Positions 40,537 through 56,748 of a stretch of 64,000 nucleotides of DNA are shown here, piece by piece. Each line of letters starts with the position of its first letter. The stretch's first letter is position 1. This DNA is from Tubiluchus corallicola (Eukaryota; Animalia; Priapulida): positions 41,196 to 105,195 of the forward strand of contig JAQGDQ010000735.1 in assembly GCA_030141605.1 (NCBI GenBank), read 5' to 3'. A program made the position numbers and the translations under genes. The notes under the pieces were generated by a model. The model made no database searches. It was not told the DNA's origin and worked only from the letters and a program-made list of their open reading frames with translations.

Positions 40537-42869
40537 TAATTATAGGCAAGAGTGAGAGCAAATGTAGTCGACTTACTCTTGCAAATAATTTAGTTGCGTA
40601 ATGTTTTAGCTTTACAATTTTGCCCAATCATGATCAGATATATATAACTGTTACCATGATAGATGTTGACTTTGCAAACAAGAATGTATTATCTTGAGTA
40701 GGTATTTATGACTTCAATTGCTTCATTTGCATTTTTTGATATTGATGTTTTTCTTTTATGATGATTCATGATGTTATTTTTTTATATAAAATTGTTAACT
40801 GCATGACTGCATATAAATGGTCATCAGCAGTCATTGCTTTTTGCAGTTTCCCGTTATGCGTAATATTCATTGACAAGAATTGTTTTATTTATTTAAGTCC
40901 GCAGAATTCCGCTATGAACAAATAAGTATTCCGTATGTCACCAAAACACAACATTTTTTCGTTCTTTTTTTAAGTTCATCGACAATGACGGTTTGTGACC
41001 ATATGGCTCTTTGTCCGCACCTCCTTACATTATTTGCTCGCTTTTCTAAATTTTAAACCAGTTTTGAATTTAATAAAAAAGGAGTGCGCTATTTCGGCAG
41101 CTGAAAATTTGCCGCCTCGTGCATTAAGTTTGCTTTTCACTTTGTTGAATTTAAATTTAAACGTTTTGAGAAGGGTAGTTGATGACCGTGCGTGCAGGTG
41201 TTTTTATTTGATAAAATCGAACTCTGTAAAGGCGAGGATCACCTGTTTTTGTGCTTCTTGCTCAGAAAGCAACTAGAATCACCCAATAAACCGTCTATCT
41301 GACTTGATTTATAGATTTTGGTTTCCGCCTGATGTAACCGCAAGACCATGAGATTTGTAAGATGCGTAACTCGTATTTTTACACATGGGCTGTGAAGTTT
41401 TTTAAGACGTACTGTATTGTTGGTACTGATACAGTTTTATAGCATGTACGTAATTCTCGTTCTATGGTATAATCTACAGTTTGACTATATGCGTTTTTAT
41501 AACCAATTTTCACCAGTGCCACCAGACTTAAAGAAAAACCTGCAAAATTTAATGCGCGTCTTGCAATGATTCATACAACAATTATAAGTTCTTTATACGC
41601 AGTAATAATTGTATTATTACAGCTGACCAATCAGTGTACAAAATGAGCTATTGTATGTCACACAATCTGAAATTTCGATAAAAACCAATTTCGGTAAAAT
41701 CTCCACTAGGTATAAGAGACCTTCCGGGCAGAAACATTTCAAAAGAATCACTTCATAATAAAATAAAGCTTAAAACCTACGCCAGAAACATAAACAGGAT
41801 TGAGCAAAATTTTAACTTTTACTACGAAATGACATTAACGGCCATTATGTCGATAACTTACTGCCATGCGTTATAACAACAAACGAGTTAAGGACTATTC
41901 ACACTGAAGCACTCGTTTAAAAGTGCCAAATGTATATATATTTCAAAGTAAGACTACGCAATCCTCGGTGTAACTTTGCATACATACGTAATTAATGCGT
42001 CATACATAGTAAGTGATTATTCCTAAATTGTATACAAGATATTATTACTAAGATAATAATTTGCACATACATGCTTTTATCTATTTTACAAAAATTCTGA
42101 AGTCTATTGAATAAGGCAGACACTCCAAATATGTTGCTAAGAAACGTATGTAGGATTATTTGAGCAATATGCCACGTTTTGTTTGCCAAAAAAAATCAAC
42201 GATAAATCTTCATTGCTTTATTAGTTTATTCAATACGCTAAGAATGAACATCTCATTCATTGTTAGTTAAAGCAGTGAAACAATTTACCTAGAAAAGGTA
42301 TCATATAACGGCAGTATTGCTTTTTAAATTTAAGTTACAAAGGAAAAAAGCATTTTCTGTTCTAATTTTATGTGTCATTCCTTATATAATCAGTGCTTTT
42401 AATCATAGTCCCCTTTTAGCTAAATGTTTTCATGGTGATTGTTTATTTTATTACTGTTTTTTTGTAAAAATTTGGAGATACTTGTAGTAATGGCTGCTTT
42501 AAGTAAATTTTATAGTTTTGACGAAAAATAGTTTGCATTATTCACACAGCAACGTAAAAATCCACACAAAATATTGAAAACCCAGAAAACTTGATCTATT
42601 ATGAGGCAGTCGAGTTGTCGTCAGGAATTCTCCACACACAAGGGCGTAAAAGCTTTTATTGTAGTGAAAATGTGATTACACGCTATAGAAGTCAGAATGC
42701 TAGAAAATTGCTTAAGCAGCGAAAATTGTCCAAATTTCTCTTAGTAGCGCCTATAATAACTTAAGATTAATGACGTTGAAATTATTGTGAGGTTATGCAG
42801 AGCATACGTACCATTATGAACGACAGCTTGCTATATTGTAGTGAAACGTGCAAAAATGCCAAGGTAAAT

Positions 42870-43070
42870 GCTGCTACAGCTGCTGCTGCTGCCGCTTCCG
42901 CCGCCACTGCTGCTGCTGCTGTTACTGTTGCTGACGATGACGATGGTAATAATGGTGATGATAAAGATGATGGTGATAATGATGATGATGATGATGATGA
43001 CGACGACGACGACGACGATGATGATGATGATGATGACGATGATGATGATGATGATGGTAGTGGTGGTGGC
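42870..43070. repeat. Compound (GCT)n / (GAT,GAC)n trinucleotide repeat
   Basis: Directly visible; it produces the poly-A, poly-D and poly-S ORFs. Confidence 0.95.
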
Positions 43071-46000
43071 AAAAGCAAAAAATCTACAGCTATGACATGG
43101 TTTTCATCTAAAGTCGTCTTTAATGCTTAGAGTTTGAGTCATTAGAACTTTATAGAAAAATAATTTATAAATGTATCAATGAAATAATTTTATCATAGTC
43201 TCAGTATAAAGCCGGTTTGATTAGTTTTCATGCAGTAAATTTCAAGGTTGGCAAAATGACATCTTTATGGCTTTGTAACATGGCAGTCAATGATTATATC
43301 ATTACAGTAGACCTGAATGCATGCGAGTATCGCAATTCCTCAATATTTACACAAATTGCGTGAAAGTTCTATTGGCTGTAATTTACCCGGTATTTGTCGA
43401 AAACCGTGGTCATTATAGCACCTTTAAATTTTTTCACAAAAAGCGTATAATCTGTGTGCTCGCCGGCTGTCGTAAATTTCACAGGTGATTACCGAGTTTT
43501 TCATAATAAAACGCGTTATTTTGGGTGTAATTTGGCCAATATTGTAAAGCGGATATAGGGAGGTCCATACAATGGCGCAGTTTCGCATTCATACAATCAG
43601 TCGTGTAAGAGCTTATCGTAGGGCGGTATGACTGCTTGCGTGTCATTTACAGCAATAAAAATTTTAATTTTACGTCAACGAAGTTCTAATTTCTCTTTGT
43701 ATAAACTCTTTCACACATTTGGGAGAGCATGATTATGCATAAGCACGTCACGTGATGTTCTTAGGTTCGGGTAGAATGACGGAATTTAGCTCAAATTTTT
43801 TTGGTCGCCCTTTCTCTGACGGAATAACTTTTTCTCAAGTCAAGGGAACTTTTCCCGGCGATGCAAAAATGAGCAACTATTTTACATCACGAATTATGGA
43901 GGCAAACTGTGATGCACGATGTAAAAATTTGACGTAAAAACAGAAAATTTACAAATAGATGAACATACTACATCAATGTCGTATAATTTTATAAATTACA
44001 TGACCTTGACTTGGTGTAACAGTTAAGTACCTAGACATATAACCTCATATAAATGTTGATGATAATAGTACAGCGTATAAGAACAGGACGATTATGGAAG
44101 AAGTAAAACAACTTTAAACCCAGTTAATTGATTTAAGTCGTTGCGCTATTAAGACACAGTTACGGATCGGGTAAACAGAGAGTTATAAACCTGCAAACGA
44201 GAAATCGCAATTTCTGTAAAGAAAATGTTAATTACTTGACAAATGACTTAAAACGGTAATAATACTATAAGCTTTTGTTAACGTAAAATTGCACCACAAG
44301 AGCCAGTTTAGCAAATATCTAAATAATGCTATTTGGCCACAAAAACAACCAACCGTTTTACCAATATGGGTCGTTGAAATTCGACCGAGCAGAAAACGGC
44401 AATTTTGTCGCAAAGGCGCCTGTTTTCCATAACCAGGCATCCCGGCTGGCGTAAGTCAAAACCTACGCCTAAGTATAAAGAATGGGTTAAAGCAGTGAAT
44501 GTTGACAAGGCAACTGTCAAATTTGGTGAACAAAAAGAGTTAAAATGATTGAAATAGAACGCGGCCATTCTCAAGGAGTTTGAACAAACACTGCCGATTC
44601 TTTTTCCATTTAGTCAGAAAACGGAAAATCTTTACATAAAAATGTCCTGTTATTAATACCCAATTATTGTTATTTATTAATTCGTGCAAAACAGCTTTCG
44701 CCTTTTGGCAGCTGCACGGGGGGATATAATACTTTTTCCAGCAAAGCGTCGATCTGCACCAGGCACTACAAGCTTAACGTCTGCGGCATAATTATTATTA
44801 AAAAAACTAAAGAAAGAGGGTTTGGAATAAACCATACTTGTCTTTATACTTATGAAAAGATAAATGCAGTGAACGCAATGTGCCAAATTTCATTTTAACG
44901 ACCTTTTAACGGATTAATTATAACTAATTGTGGATAAAATACAGCTACACCTATGGGGAGAACTGACGTCCACTGATAGGTTGAAACATATACCTCGTTA
45001 TCTCCGCGATTACAATCGACCAATGACACCTTTAACTACAATTTGCATATTGTGTTTGTATTATTGTGTGTATAAAAAAGTTGAAACAAAAATTATTGCT
45101 TGATTAAATTTACAAAAAGTTCACAATAATTGCGTTGGTACGAGCAGATAAGTTAAGATTTGTTAGAATTTGGTACAAAATACAACAAACGCGAATTCTA
45201 GAACTCATGATCAGTTATTTTAGTGCATTTTGCAGAAAACATTGCTTGAAAGGTTAACCATAATTATTTCGTTTGCAAGTTATCGATGATTCTGACTCAG
45301 TTGTGAAAAAAAATTGGGATAAACTTGTATTGACCGTTAAAGCAAACTAATACAAAGTTGAAAGGAAGAAAAGAAATTTTATAGCGTCTACTTTTCTGAA
45401 ATGTTCTACAAGAAACTTGTCGTTGGCGATCATTTAGTAAACAAGCCGTTTCTTTTTCAAGGAAGACAAGGAATTCAAAAACCCTCGTGACAAACCCGTG
45501 AACAGTGGGGGTTAGCACATACGAGCGCTCTTTCAATAGGCGCCTTTTGTGTAGTTTATAACAAATTTCACTAAAGGTGAAAGTTTACTAAAATTCATAA
45601 AGTTTAAAATGTCTAAAACCGGTTACAACGGCGTGGAGAGCGCGCAGCTGCCCAAATTGGGCGAGTCCAGGTAATGTGACTGTCCAACCAAAATCAACAA
45701 ACGTGGCAAAATGACATCAGTTTTGATTGAAAAATGAGCAGTTTTCTAATATGCAGTTAATTTGAGAATACATGGCAAACAAGCTTTTACACTGTCTTAA
45801 CGTAATATCGTAGTAATTGAACACTGAAAGGGAACATTGCGTCCGCCTCCATGTTATCAATCACGTGATCACCTGCCCCATGACAACGCCTGGTGAGATT
45901 TTCCTTAAAATTTAGACTCCGTCTGAAACTTTTTTAATGACCGCGCTAAGTTTAATAGATTCCATTGTTAACTCTTTCAAAAGCAGACGTTTCAATAAAT

Positions 46001-49000
46001 ATTCTGCCATCGATTAGCCATGGCAGGACCATATTCAAAGGCTGAGGTTTACCTACAAAAACGGACAGCCAACAAATTCAACAAGCAAGGAAAACGTATT
46101 AAGAGAATAATTATGATTACGAGTGTTTAATCTAATGCTGTAAAACATTAAAAATTAGATTTTTCGACGACATATAATTTCTTCATATCAAGTGTGAATA
46201 ATGTTAAAAATACACCGTATTTTATACGTTTACGTGACTTCTTTAGCAAAAAGATAAAGAAATCAGACAGCTTTATAGCAATTTTGCAATTGTGACGATG
46301 TAGTTGCGTAGCAACGTTCGACGTCATAAACCACAAGCAGACGAAAAGGTAAAGAGTTGAGATTGGTCACGTGATCAATCCATCAGGAAAATGTCGCTGA
46401 CTGACGCATTCATTCAAAATAACAAACAATTTTAGGAGCTTTCTATAATGGGCGATATATTGAAAATTAGTTCACGGTCTACAAGTTTTCTAAATCCCTA
46501 GGATCAGAAATTTATGTGGGCAAAACGTACAGCTTTTACAGTTTCTAAGTGCTAAAATAGCCCAAAGATAGTGAAGCATCAGCAGTGGCTTAAACTCAGA
46601 AGCGTGCATTTTGACCACGCCAGTCTAATTACCCTCAGTTCAGTAGTAATTTTTAAAATTTTTATTTGATTTCTTGATTAGATTTACGAGCAAGTTCACT
46701 AGCGCGACCAGCTGGGTCAGACTCAGTATAAACTTGAGTTTCTCAAGGCATTACTTTTGAGTCCATCTGAGTTTTAATAACGTGGTGATGGAGATTCACG
46801 GCAGTGCTGATGCTGTTGTCGGTAATGCTCGTGATAGCGCTAACGGTGATGGGATAGTTGGTTAAACAATACAGACAAATATGCTAGTCTATTACACGCA
46901 TAGCAATAAGTTTGGAGCTTTTTTCTACTATTACTATATAGCTTAATAGTTTGAATGTTTTACAGTCATTACACTCTGCATGCAGGGCCTTCCTATTGTG
47001 GTAAGACTTGACTGAAAATAGCTCACTGTTCTCTGAAACACTGACCGGCAGAATGTGTTTGTTTATTGAACCACAATTACAAACATTACATTACATTACA
47101 AACAAATAAACAAACAAACAAACAAGACACATTTAACTAATAGTGAATGAAATGTTTACTAGAGACAAAGGAATTTGTGGCTCGAGGGTACTGAACAAAT
47201 TACAAATAACAATTAATTCATACAAATAGTTATCACAACAATGTTACATAAAGTAGTATTAATAACTGTTTACAAATTGCATCTAGATTTTATTTAGACA
47301 ATAACTGTCTTTTATCTACTTTCTAGCGTAACTGTGTTTTAGCTGCACTACATTGTGTTTTAACGTAGCAGACAATGTGTTTTAGTTACGCTACAGTGCG
47401 TTTGTTTTAGCTATGTTCGGATATGCATATGTCTGCCCTCAAAAAAGACAATATGGGTTATGAAACCACCCAAATGCAGGGTTCCTAGCGATCGCCCATC
47501 CATATACTGACCTAGTATAGCATGCCCAACTTAATAAGCACAAACCGTGACATCTCAATTGTGTGCCTACTAACTTTTTATAATGCTAATCTATCGCATT
47601 TGATCTTAACACAGTTTTTATTACAGTGTTCTTAAATCTACATTAGCGGACAGCAGTGGGAAGTTATATAAAGTATTTCCAAATACACTGCGCCGAGTTC
47701 ACGTGAAATTCTTTCTCAATCTCACGTCCTTGAGACGTTGAAATCTTTCAAGCCAAGATGTTTTTGCAAGAAAAGAGTTAAAAAGTCTGACAGAGCGGAT
47801 GCGAAAACAGTTTTTTCTGGGCCTGTTAAATTCAATCCATTTCTCGAATTTCTCCCAAAAGGGCAAAGCGCGGGGCATGTGAACTTATTCAGCACTCTAT
47901 CACAGCCGGCGGCCTTTACTCGCTTGAAAAATTTTTTAACGACCGACGCTGGTAGACTGAAAGGGTTATCTGTTGTCTCTGTTATTCATAATGGCGGTGG
48001 ATCCATGTACGTGGTTTTAAAATATCAAATTTTAAATTAGTTAAGCGAGGATCAAGAAATAATGCAATTTTCACCTAGCGACCTAGGTGACTTTACTTAT
48101 CAAATAAAGTGCAATTGCGTACTTAAAACAAAAAAAACTTTTTTTAGGAAAATGAAAAAGCACATTTCGCGACATTGTATACCACTGCTATAGTTTTAAA
48201 TTTAATAAGGTACGTACAGCTAGTGAAGTTGTGCCAGCTTTATTGATAGTTACATGATATGTAAATTTTGCAGAGTTTTTCTTTAATACCCAAAAAACTT
48301 AGTTAAATTGGCAATTTTGTACAAAAATATATATAAATAAATATTTGACTAATTTTATAAGTTAGTGTCACTTTTAACACTATAACAAAACTTTGATTCA
48401 AGGTAGAGCTTAATCTAAATTTAAACTTACAATTACACGCAAGCTGAACAAATTTATGAAAATACAAATTGACTTTGGAAGATTCCCAACTTTAACTTAA
48501 GTTTAAAAGTATAACTTAGCTCATAATAAAATCTCAAATCCCTACTCTGTATTCAAAAATCGTTCAACAAATACGCACCCTACAATTCAATTGATGAAAA
48601 AAGACTTTGTAGGATGATTACTTTTATTAACAGTATTTAATTTTTAGGAACTGGTCCTTACATGTCAAACTACCTAAACATTTTGCACGACACGTTTCGA
48701 ATTAAAATTGTACAAGCAATTGGCAAAATTGGCAAAATTATTTGTTTTTCTTGCTCATAAGGAACCGGAAATGTCTTCATTATTGGTAGTGGTTAGATAA
48801 CGCAACAGGTGGATTGTGAGGTGGATACAGGTGTATAGCACCGTTTAAAAATTCTCTTTTTCTACCAAATCACCAAAAAAGCCACAAAAGACACCCGCCA
48901 CTCCATTTACAAGATGTTACAGTTTCTACGCTTGTTAAGTTTGTCGTATTTGGAAGTAATATGTATTATCCCACAAACGCCAAACATGGTAGCTAGTAAG

Positions 49001-49996
49001 TTTCTTTACCTTTAATATGAAGATCTGTGAGCGTGTGACGAAACATATTTAGCTACTTCAAATATAATTTTCAATTAGATTTTTTTCAAGAAAATAATTG
49101 AAAGCATTTAAAATTAAAAGTTATAAATTTGAACTATGTGATACTAAGGGAATGATGCTTCTTCCGGTAGTAAAGAGTTAGCAGTGATTGCAAGGGAAGC
49201 AACGAAGCGAGTGATAAGCTTACACTCGATTGCTAATCCATCGCTTCGATGATTTTACTGAATTGTGCGAAATCACTGGAAAAAGGGACTAAAAGTCAAA
49301 ATACGCCCGAGGCAGCGAGAAAAAGGGTTAAAATGGACCAGTTTCGCCGTCTGAGCCCGGCAGCAGACAGAGAGTAATGAGTTAAGAACTCGTGGAATGG
49401 AAAAACACGGATATTACAACAAAAACACGACTTTTCCCACAGTCGCCCGTCCATTTATGGGCAAAGATCGAGTAAGATTCCACAGATTTGCACAACATTC
49501 AAGATAGGGTGGCAGACTCATGCTGTGGGCGCCAGCGGAATTCAAAACAGAATAATTTAGAACGCCTCAAAATGATCTATTGCCAGATAATCAATCAGAG
49601 CTAATTAGCAGGTAGTATATGTTTGCAAGACGTCTAGAGTAACTTATTCAACACGTTTCTCGAGCAAGTCCATGTATCGTGTTTTCAAGTCACCGTGTTT
49701 TTAAGTAAACAACGTTTCTCTAATAAGAAAGTTTATCGTGCGAGTCACAAAGGCACGAAACGTATTTTTGAAGTAATAGACCGAGACAGGTTTCACTTTA
49801 CATAGATGCTGATACAATGACGAATTAGCGTGCGAATTAGCAAAATGATCAATTTAATAAAAAAAATTAGAATGATTCATAAAATGAACCAAAACCAACT
49901 GTTTGCAAGACATTAAGTTTTTTCAGTAGAGTTTTCTAAGAATGTACTTCGTCATCTTCACAGTTTGTTTTAATAATTGTATTAATATTCATCTGC

Positions 49997-49997
<1 letters not shown>

Positions 49998-50043
<46 letters not shown>

Positions 50044-50092
50044 GCGACAACAACAACAACAACAACAATAATAATAATAGTAATAGTAATAA
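49998..50092. repeat. (AAC)n then (AAT)n microsatellite
   Basis: Directly visible. Confidence 0.96.
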
Positions 50093-51324
50093 TTCCAATT
50101 AGCTGTGCAGCATCCATAAACTGGTTTACAATTGCATTTTACTGGAACGGTCTATGTATCAATTCAAAATTTAAAAACAACTTTCAAAATTTCGGTAAAA
50201 TCTGATTTCTTAAACGCAAATAATTGGAATTAACCGAGTCAGTCTTTACAGTTTAATCTTGGGTCGACCACAAACTTTTTCTCACCTTTGTTTTGTGTCA
50301 GAATTTCAGATTTTGGTAATTAGTATCGCGGATTTCATGGATTTTCATTTTGGGTTAAATAAAGAACTATTGTTAGGCGGACTGTAGTCGCCTCACTTCT
50401 AGAAGATAATGTTTATTCAAGCCAATTGATTTGTTTTTTGCAGTTTTCCCACGATTTAGCAACCATTCCCCCGTAACCCTTGCCACTGCGTTGTATATAT
50501 AACACCCAACCACGATTTACCACAAAGTGAAATATTGTCAAATTGATTTCGAGTTTTTCCACTTTTATGGTATGAAATCGCCCAGCTGGTAAATTGTGTG
50601 AATTTGCGGGCAGATGTAAGAATGTGCACTCACAATGTGCCTCACAGCTTAGACAAAATTACACCCCATATTTAATTTGTAGCAATTTAGCAATAACTTC
50701 AGTAGTGTTAAAGAAAAATTTCAGCACATTATAAAGAAATGTTTGTGAAAAAATAAAGTTAAACTGCTCCAAACTTAGTTTTTTTAAAATGTTCGCCTTA
50801 GGTCAAAACAAAATTCTTAATTCGTAGGACTTGCCCCATCCCTGTAATTACAATGTATAATCGTAGAAAAACATTGCTGCTTTGAGACCAATTAAGATGT
50901 CTGTTAACGCACCAAAGTCTGAAGCAGTATGACACGCTGCTGAAAAAACAGGTTTGCTATGAAATTCAGCACCTATCATAACAAATAAATTACTAGTAAC
51001 GTGAAGCAGATTGTACAATTTGCTAACACACTACAAGCAATTTCAACTAAATTGTTGTAGCCAGTCGTTCCCAACACTGCTCAATGTCGGACAATGTCGG
51101 CGTCACTAAAAGTAAGTTGAACAACAAAGTAGTATATGCGCTGTTTTTTCCCTCTATTTGTTAATAGAACGACGAAAAAACAACGTCTATATATTGTTCT
51201 ATTTTGTAATTTTAGTAAAGCTTGGAGATTATTGTCCGACATTATTAGCCAGTGCGTCTCATCAGCCACATTTCACTATTGGTACTAATATATATATATA
51301 TGTATAGATAGATAGCTAGCTAGC

Positions 51325-51650
<326 letters not shown>

Positions 51651-53923
51651 CATGACAGAATATACAAAGACGATAAACCTAAATGACTGGTTTAACATCA
51701 CCATACATTTTACATAAGAACCATAAGAACAATACATTTAAAGAAGAAACGAATAAGATCGTAAATAAATGTTGAGCACAACAATAATATAAATGATTAC
51801 TAGTCTGCGTGATGGGTGCTGCTGAACATTTTATAGAAATGGTAGAAAGCTAAAAGAGAAGCAACTATAAGTCATGTACCATAAAGCAAACAAGGAAATA
51901 AAATTCATCAATTCAGATTGCATTTCGCTTCAAAACCCAAAATAATTTCGTTTTAAGGCGGGCAGTGCAAGTGTTTCCTGCCGAAAACTTAGCATTTAAT
52001 CATACAAAACACCTTTTAATTACATAATTTCTAAACTGATTAATTTATTAATTAAATAATTGATTCAAATTTTTTTTGACTATACCGGTTGCAATATAAA
52101 ATTTACTAACACCACACACAGGTTCTGTCTAGGAACAAAAACGCGATAAAAAATAAGATAAAAGTTGTCACTCGTTAGGCCCATGCAGTGCGTTTGGTTC
52201 TGTACTTCCCTGATATACAACGCAGCTAAACAGTTTCACTACAAAAATTCTATTGCAAAAATAAAAAAATCCTACTGAAGACCGAGGTACACTAGTTTAA
52301 TGTATTTTAGCTGATAGAAACGTCTTTCAGAGACCATTAGATTTTTAGAAACTAGTTAAACGCTCTGTTTGTGTTTAAAAGGAAAATCCACCATGCTAAA
52401 GTCGATTTCGCTTTCCAAGAATTGGGCGCTATTTATAGCAAAACGTTTTAATGACTTGCTATAATATTTATGCTCTAGAACGATAAAAATGTTAGTTTTT
52501 AATATTTCGTAAGGTTATTATTTAACACGAAGTATATCCACATCAAACTTATGTTACATGCCGAGGATATACAAACAAAAAATAAAAGTTGAAAAAATCC
52601 ATGTTCGTTTATTAATACTTGAAAATTTTGGTTTATTCTATTTTAAAATTTCCAAAAAACATTAAAGCTGTAAAAATTGGCACAGCAAGATCTGGTCAGT
52701 AAATGGATGTGTGACCGCCTAGACAAGTGTTTCTGGACGACTTCACTTACCCTACTGCCCCATCATTTGTCTCGTTGAATGGTTTGTTTATACATTCGGC
52801 TTAAAGCAATTCAATAATCCATGCATCTATTCATTCATTGCCTTCTTTTAAAGAATTATCCTTGATAAAGGGTTAGATTTTGGTCCTGCTACATCTATTC
52901 ACATTAGCTAGGCTTTGTTGTTGACTACAGGATTCCAGATGACAGAGCGCCGAATCGTGTAATAAAATTAGAAAGCGTCTTGTCGTTGACTGTTTGACTT
53001 CTTAATTAAAAGTCCATAAGTAGTCATAATCTGTAAGTTAGTTCTAATCCATCGACCGAAAATAGATGCCAACATAACCTGCTTTATCATTCAGTGAGCG
53101 CTATTCTGCTATGATCATCACTTACGTAGTTATATTTCTTTTTGTTAAAATTCGCTTTTGTGTCTTCGGTTTCACAAGTTCATCTTCATATTTTTGTTTT
53201 TCCGCATTCGCAATTTAGCAAAACAGTTAAAGTCGAAATATGTTAATTAGTGTAGCCTTTTATATCTCATTTACGATTGTGGTAAAAGATCTAGTGTTTT
53301 CTTGAACAAAGGTTGCGTGTAATAAGGGCATTGATATTTACTTTATTATCTAAAATCCGAAAGAAAATGAAACGGCGTACCCTTTGACATAAAGTCTGGT
53401 TGATACACTCTTATGAAAACTAGAAAATTTAGACTAAAACCGGGTTTTTCAGTCTTTGTTCATGATGGAATCTGTGGGAACGACACGCTATAAACGTGGC
53501 CGTCTTAATTAGACAAAAGAGCTTTGTTATTAAAGCTTGGGGATGCGCCAGCCTTTTGAAGGAGTTTGATCCAAATTTATTAAAACCGCCACAAATAATA
53601 CAGATTAGTGTATTATTCCAGAAGTCAGCGATGAAAGTGGATCTGCCACTTTAAATAAACTGTCGGTAATTATTATTATGTATGAGTAACCGCTGTAATA
53701 ATTAATGTTTGAGAGATTACCTGCAATTTGAGATTGTTGACTCGTGAATAAAATGCAGTTCTTACAAGAAACAAGAAGTTATGCGTAGAATGCTAATACC
53801 GTTTGTCTTTTTAGAATCTCAGATTTCCTAGTCCTAAAATGATCGATCTTTCTTTGACAGTCATCTAAATAATCATCGAAATTAAATTTTCATGAGCATT
53901 GTAAATAGAAAAGTTGGTTTAGC

Positions 53924-54694
53924 CAGGAGCATATTTACCAGTAAGCTAATAAAGCTGTAGCCTAGGGCGCCACATTTCGAGGGGCACCAGGTTTTTAAAG
54001 GCCCGATTTTAAAATTCTTAATCTCCTAGGAAAATGTGAATCCTTTCAAATGTGTATACGTCTATATCCTTTCAAATTCATAATTATAAAGTCTTTAATT
54101 TATATCATACCACAAGCACTTATTATGCTCGCTTGTAATTGATCGTCACAAAAATAAAAAGTAATGTGATTACATAAAAAATACTACACCACAAACAATT
54201 GCTCAGGCTGCTTAGGTATAAGCGCTATACAAATATGAGTAATTTTTTTAACAATAACAACGTTCGCGGTTGTGGAAGTTTTAGGTACTAATGCTGCTAA
54301 TTATGCACCACAAGCATTACGACCGTTTGGGTCCCCAAGACTAATGAAATCAGGGGGCCCCTTCAGACGGAACCACACTCTAATTTGTTCGCACTCGTCT
54401 CAACTATTTTTACTTGAGGTATATTTTAAGAACAATTGCATGGTTGGGGGCCCATATTTCAAATAAAAGTATTCAGAGTGGCTTTTATCTCAAATAAAGG
54501 GCATCACACAAGGGCCTGTTGTCTCAGATAAAAGGCCTCAAACTGAAATCCTTTATCTCAAATAAGGAGCCACTTTAAAATTGAATTTTCCGACTTCCTA
54601 GCCTTTGTTTTTAAAGTCAGCCGTAATATGGGTCCCCAAGTCTGACTGGCCCTAGGCTGTAGCCTATACTAGCCTATAAGGTAACCCAGCCCTG
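53924..54694. mobile_element. Non-autonomous DNA transposon (hAT-like CAGG termini)
   Basis: Left end CAGGAGCATATTTACCAGTAAGCTAATAAAGCTGTAGCCTAGGGC versus the reverse complement of the right end CAGGGCTGGGTTACCTTATAGGCTAGTATAGGCTACAGCCTAGGGC gives an imperfect TIR of about 45 bp. Internal GGGCCC-type motifs; no intact TSD. Confidence 0.7.
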
Positions 54695-56748
54695 ACCACA
54701 AGTAATTGTACATTGCCATTTCTTATATAAAAACAACCATAAATCCGTAATGGAGATGCTTGGGACTGAACTACCAGCCTGGGGCATTGTAATGTCTTTA
54801 GACACCCCTGGATTTAGCCTGACATTGTCATAAAAATTAAAAAGAGATTGAAAGTTCTCTATTGTGATTATCTGTAACTCCTCGTGTTTCTTCGTAGGGT
54901 CGCTGGGCTTTCAACATGAGTTTAGAAATTAATTATTAACAATTATCTGCAGTCACTATGTTTATTGTTAATCGAATGATTGCTTTGCTTTCTGTAGACC
55001 TATAATTGCAAAAAGCAGTAATTTCACCATTACGTAAGACACTACTCATGTGAAGAATATTTTGCCTTAATTCGAACTTCCCTAAATGCGAATTACGGAG
55101 TTGCAAATTTTTGTGGCTAAGTCGCAGCATATCTCAATTGGTGACAAATCTTTTAAGGACCCGTGTAAACTCCACTAACACGTCCATTGTACACTCATTG
55201 TTGTCAAAGCATACAATCGTTTGCGCCGGTTTATTTCGATTCCGGTTTGTTTCTTTTCACTTTTCCAAGGCTTTTGTTAAATTTCTCAACATTCTAGAAA
55301 ACAGTCAGTCACTCGATACAGCTGATTTAGCCCGGATTACCAAATTCTATTGCTGTTAAGAATTGCTTCAGTTAGTCAATCGTTTGTACACATTGTTCTT
55401 CAGCATTGATATTCTGGCCGCAGCGTCTGCTCTCTAAATTTTACAAAAAACCTGACCATGCTGAAATAATGTATTCATAGCCGCGAGCTTTTCAAAATCT
55501 ATTTAAATCGCAATTTTTGCCGCATTTGTGCTAATTTGTGCGCGCAGCCGTGCAGGTAGCAAAGGGTTGAGTTAATGAAATTCCACGCTGGCCGACTGCA
55601 AGTAGTATGACCCAAAGGCGGGATAAACGGGCGTACCTTTTAGGGCTAGGCGGCTGGTACATATTTTACTGTAGCTTAATAGTGCTACTACTCTACTAAC
55701 CTGTAAAGTTGTTGTATGCAGAGTTTATACGTAGGGAAAAAAGAAAAACACAAAAATAAAGACATGCCAAATAGAAAAAAAATGTCTGGAAGTTTTAACT
55801 AGGTTAATGCTAAAATATGTAAATTAGTTTAACTCGTGACACCATCTTGACAATCATTTGAGGTTCTTGGTGTCGTGCAGTTACCTATTTGCCCGTTGGC
55901 GTCGCCTATGTCCAGGAAATTTTGTAATGCGACTTCTTCCCTAAATACTAATTTCGATATTTAGACCGAAAATTATGCCTGTTTCATAACACAATTTAAT
56001 TTTTTCCTTTCCAGAGTGGAAGAAAAGAGACATAAAGAATTTATTTATCCAACTACTATAATTAACTAATCAGCTGATTCTTATAAGTAATTTAGTATTC
56101 AGAATTTGTGCAAAAAGTCTTCGAATTTTCGTCCGAGAATTTCGTATTAAGCCATTTAATAATTTTGCTATAGTAAACTGGCTTGATTTTATAATTCATA
56201 ACATCGGCCATGATAAATTCTGAAAGAATTGTTCTCTTTTGGCAAATCAATTGCAAAATGGTGAATCCTTGGTAGAGCGTCTGGCTGGCGCCGTTTGTGC
56301 CTCATCGCATGTAGATTAATTAATATTTCAACACTACACACTTTTGTAATAAGGTAATTAAAATCTGGTGGTTTCCATGGAAAAGCTGATCGAGGTTTGG
56401 TAAGATACGAGAAGCCATCAATCATTAAAAATTCAGCTCAAATTAAGCATGATTTTCGTAACTCTAAAAAATCTAGGCATGAATTTGTGAATCCTTTTTA
56501 TTGGTGATAATGTAATTCTATTTTTGTTACTAGTTATTATCGTGTTTTAATTTTGCTTTTCATTGTTAATATTACATCATCGCTTTTATTGACTTTTACT
56601 TATATTAATGCTTCTCTGTTATTAAGAACAGGAAGATTATTTAAAAGTAAAACAGTATGTAAAAACTGATTAACAAGATATTTTTCAAAACTACACAGCG
56701 AAAAGAAGAGCAAAATATTATTTAAAATTTGCTTATACGTTTGGATAT

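Noticed and set aside
42782-43130. Poly-Ala/Asp/Ser ORFs resembling a low-complexity transcription factor or acidic biomineral protein exon
   Set aside because: Open in several frames and on both strands because of trinucleotide repeats. No domain or convincing partner exons, although a coding exon cannot be fully excluded without RNA data.
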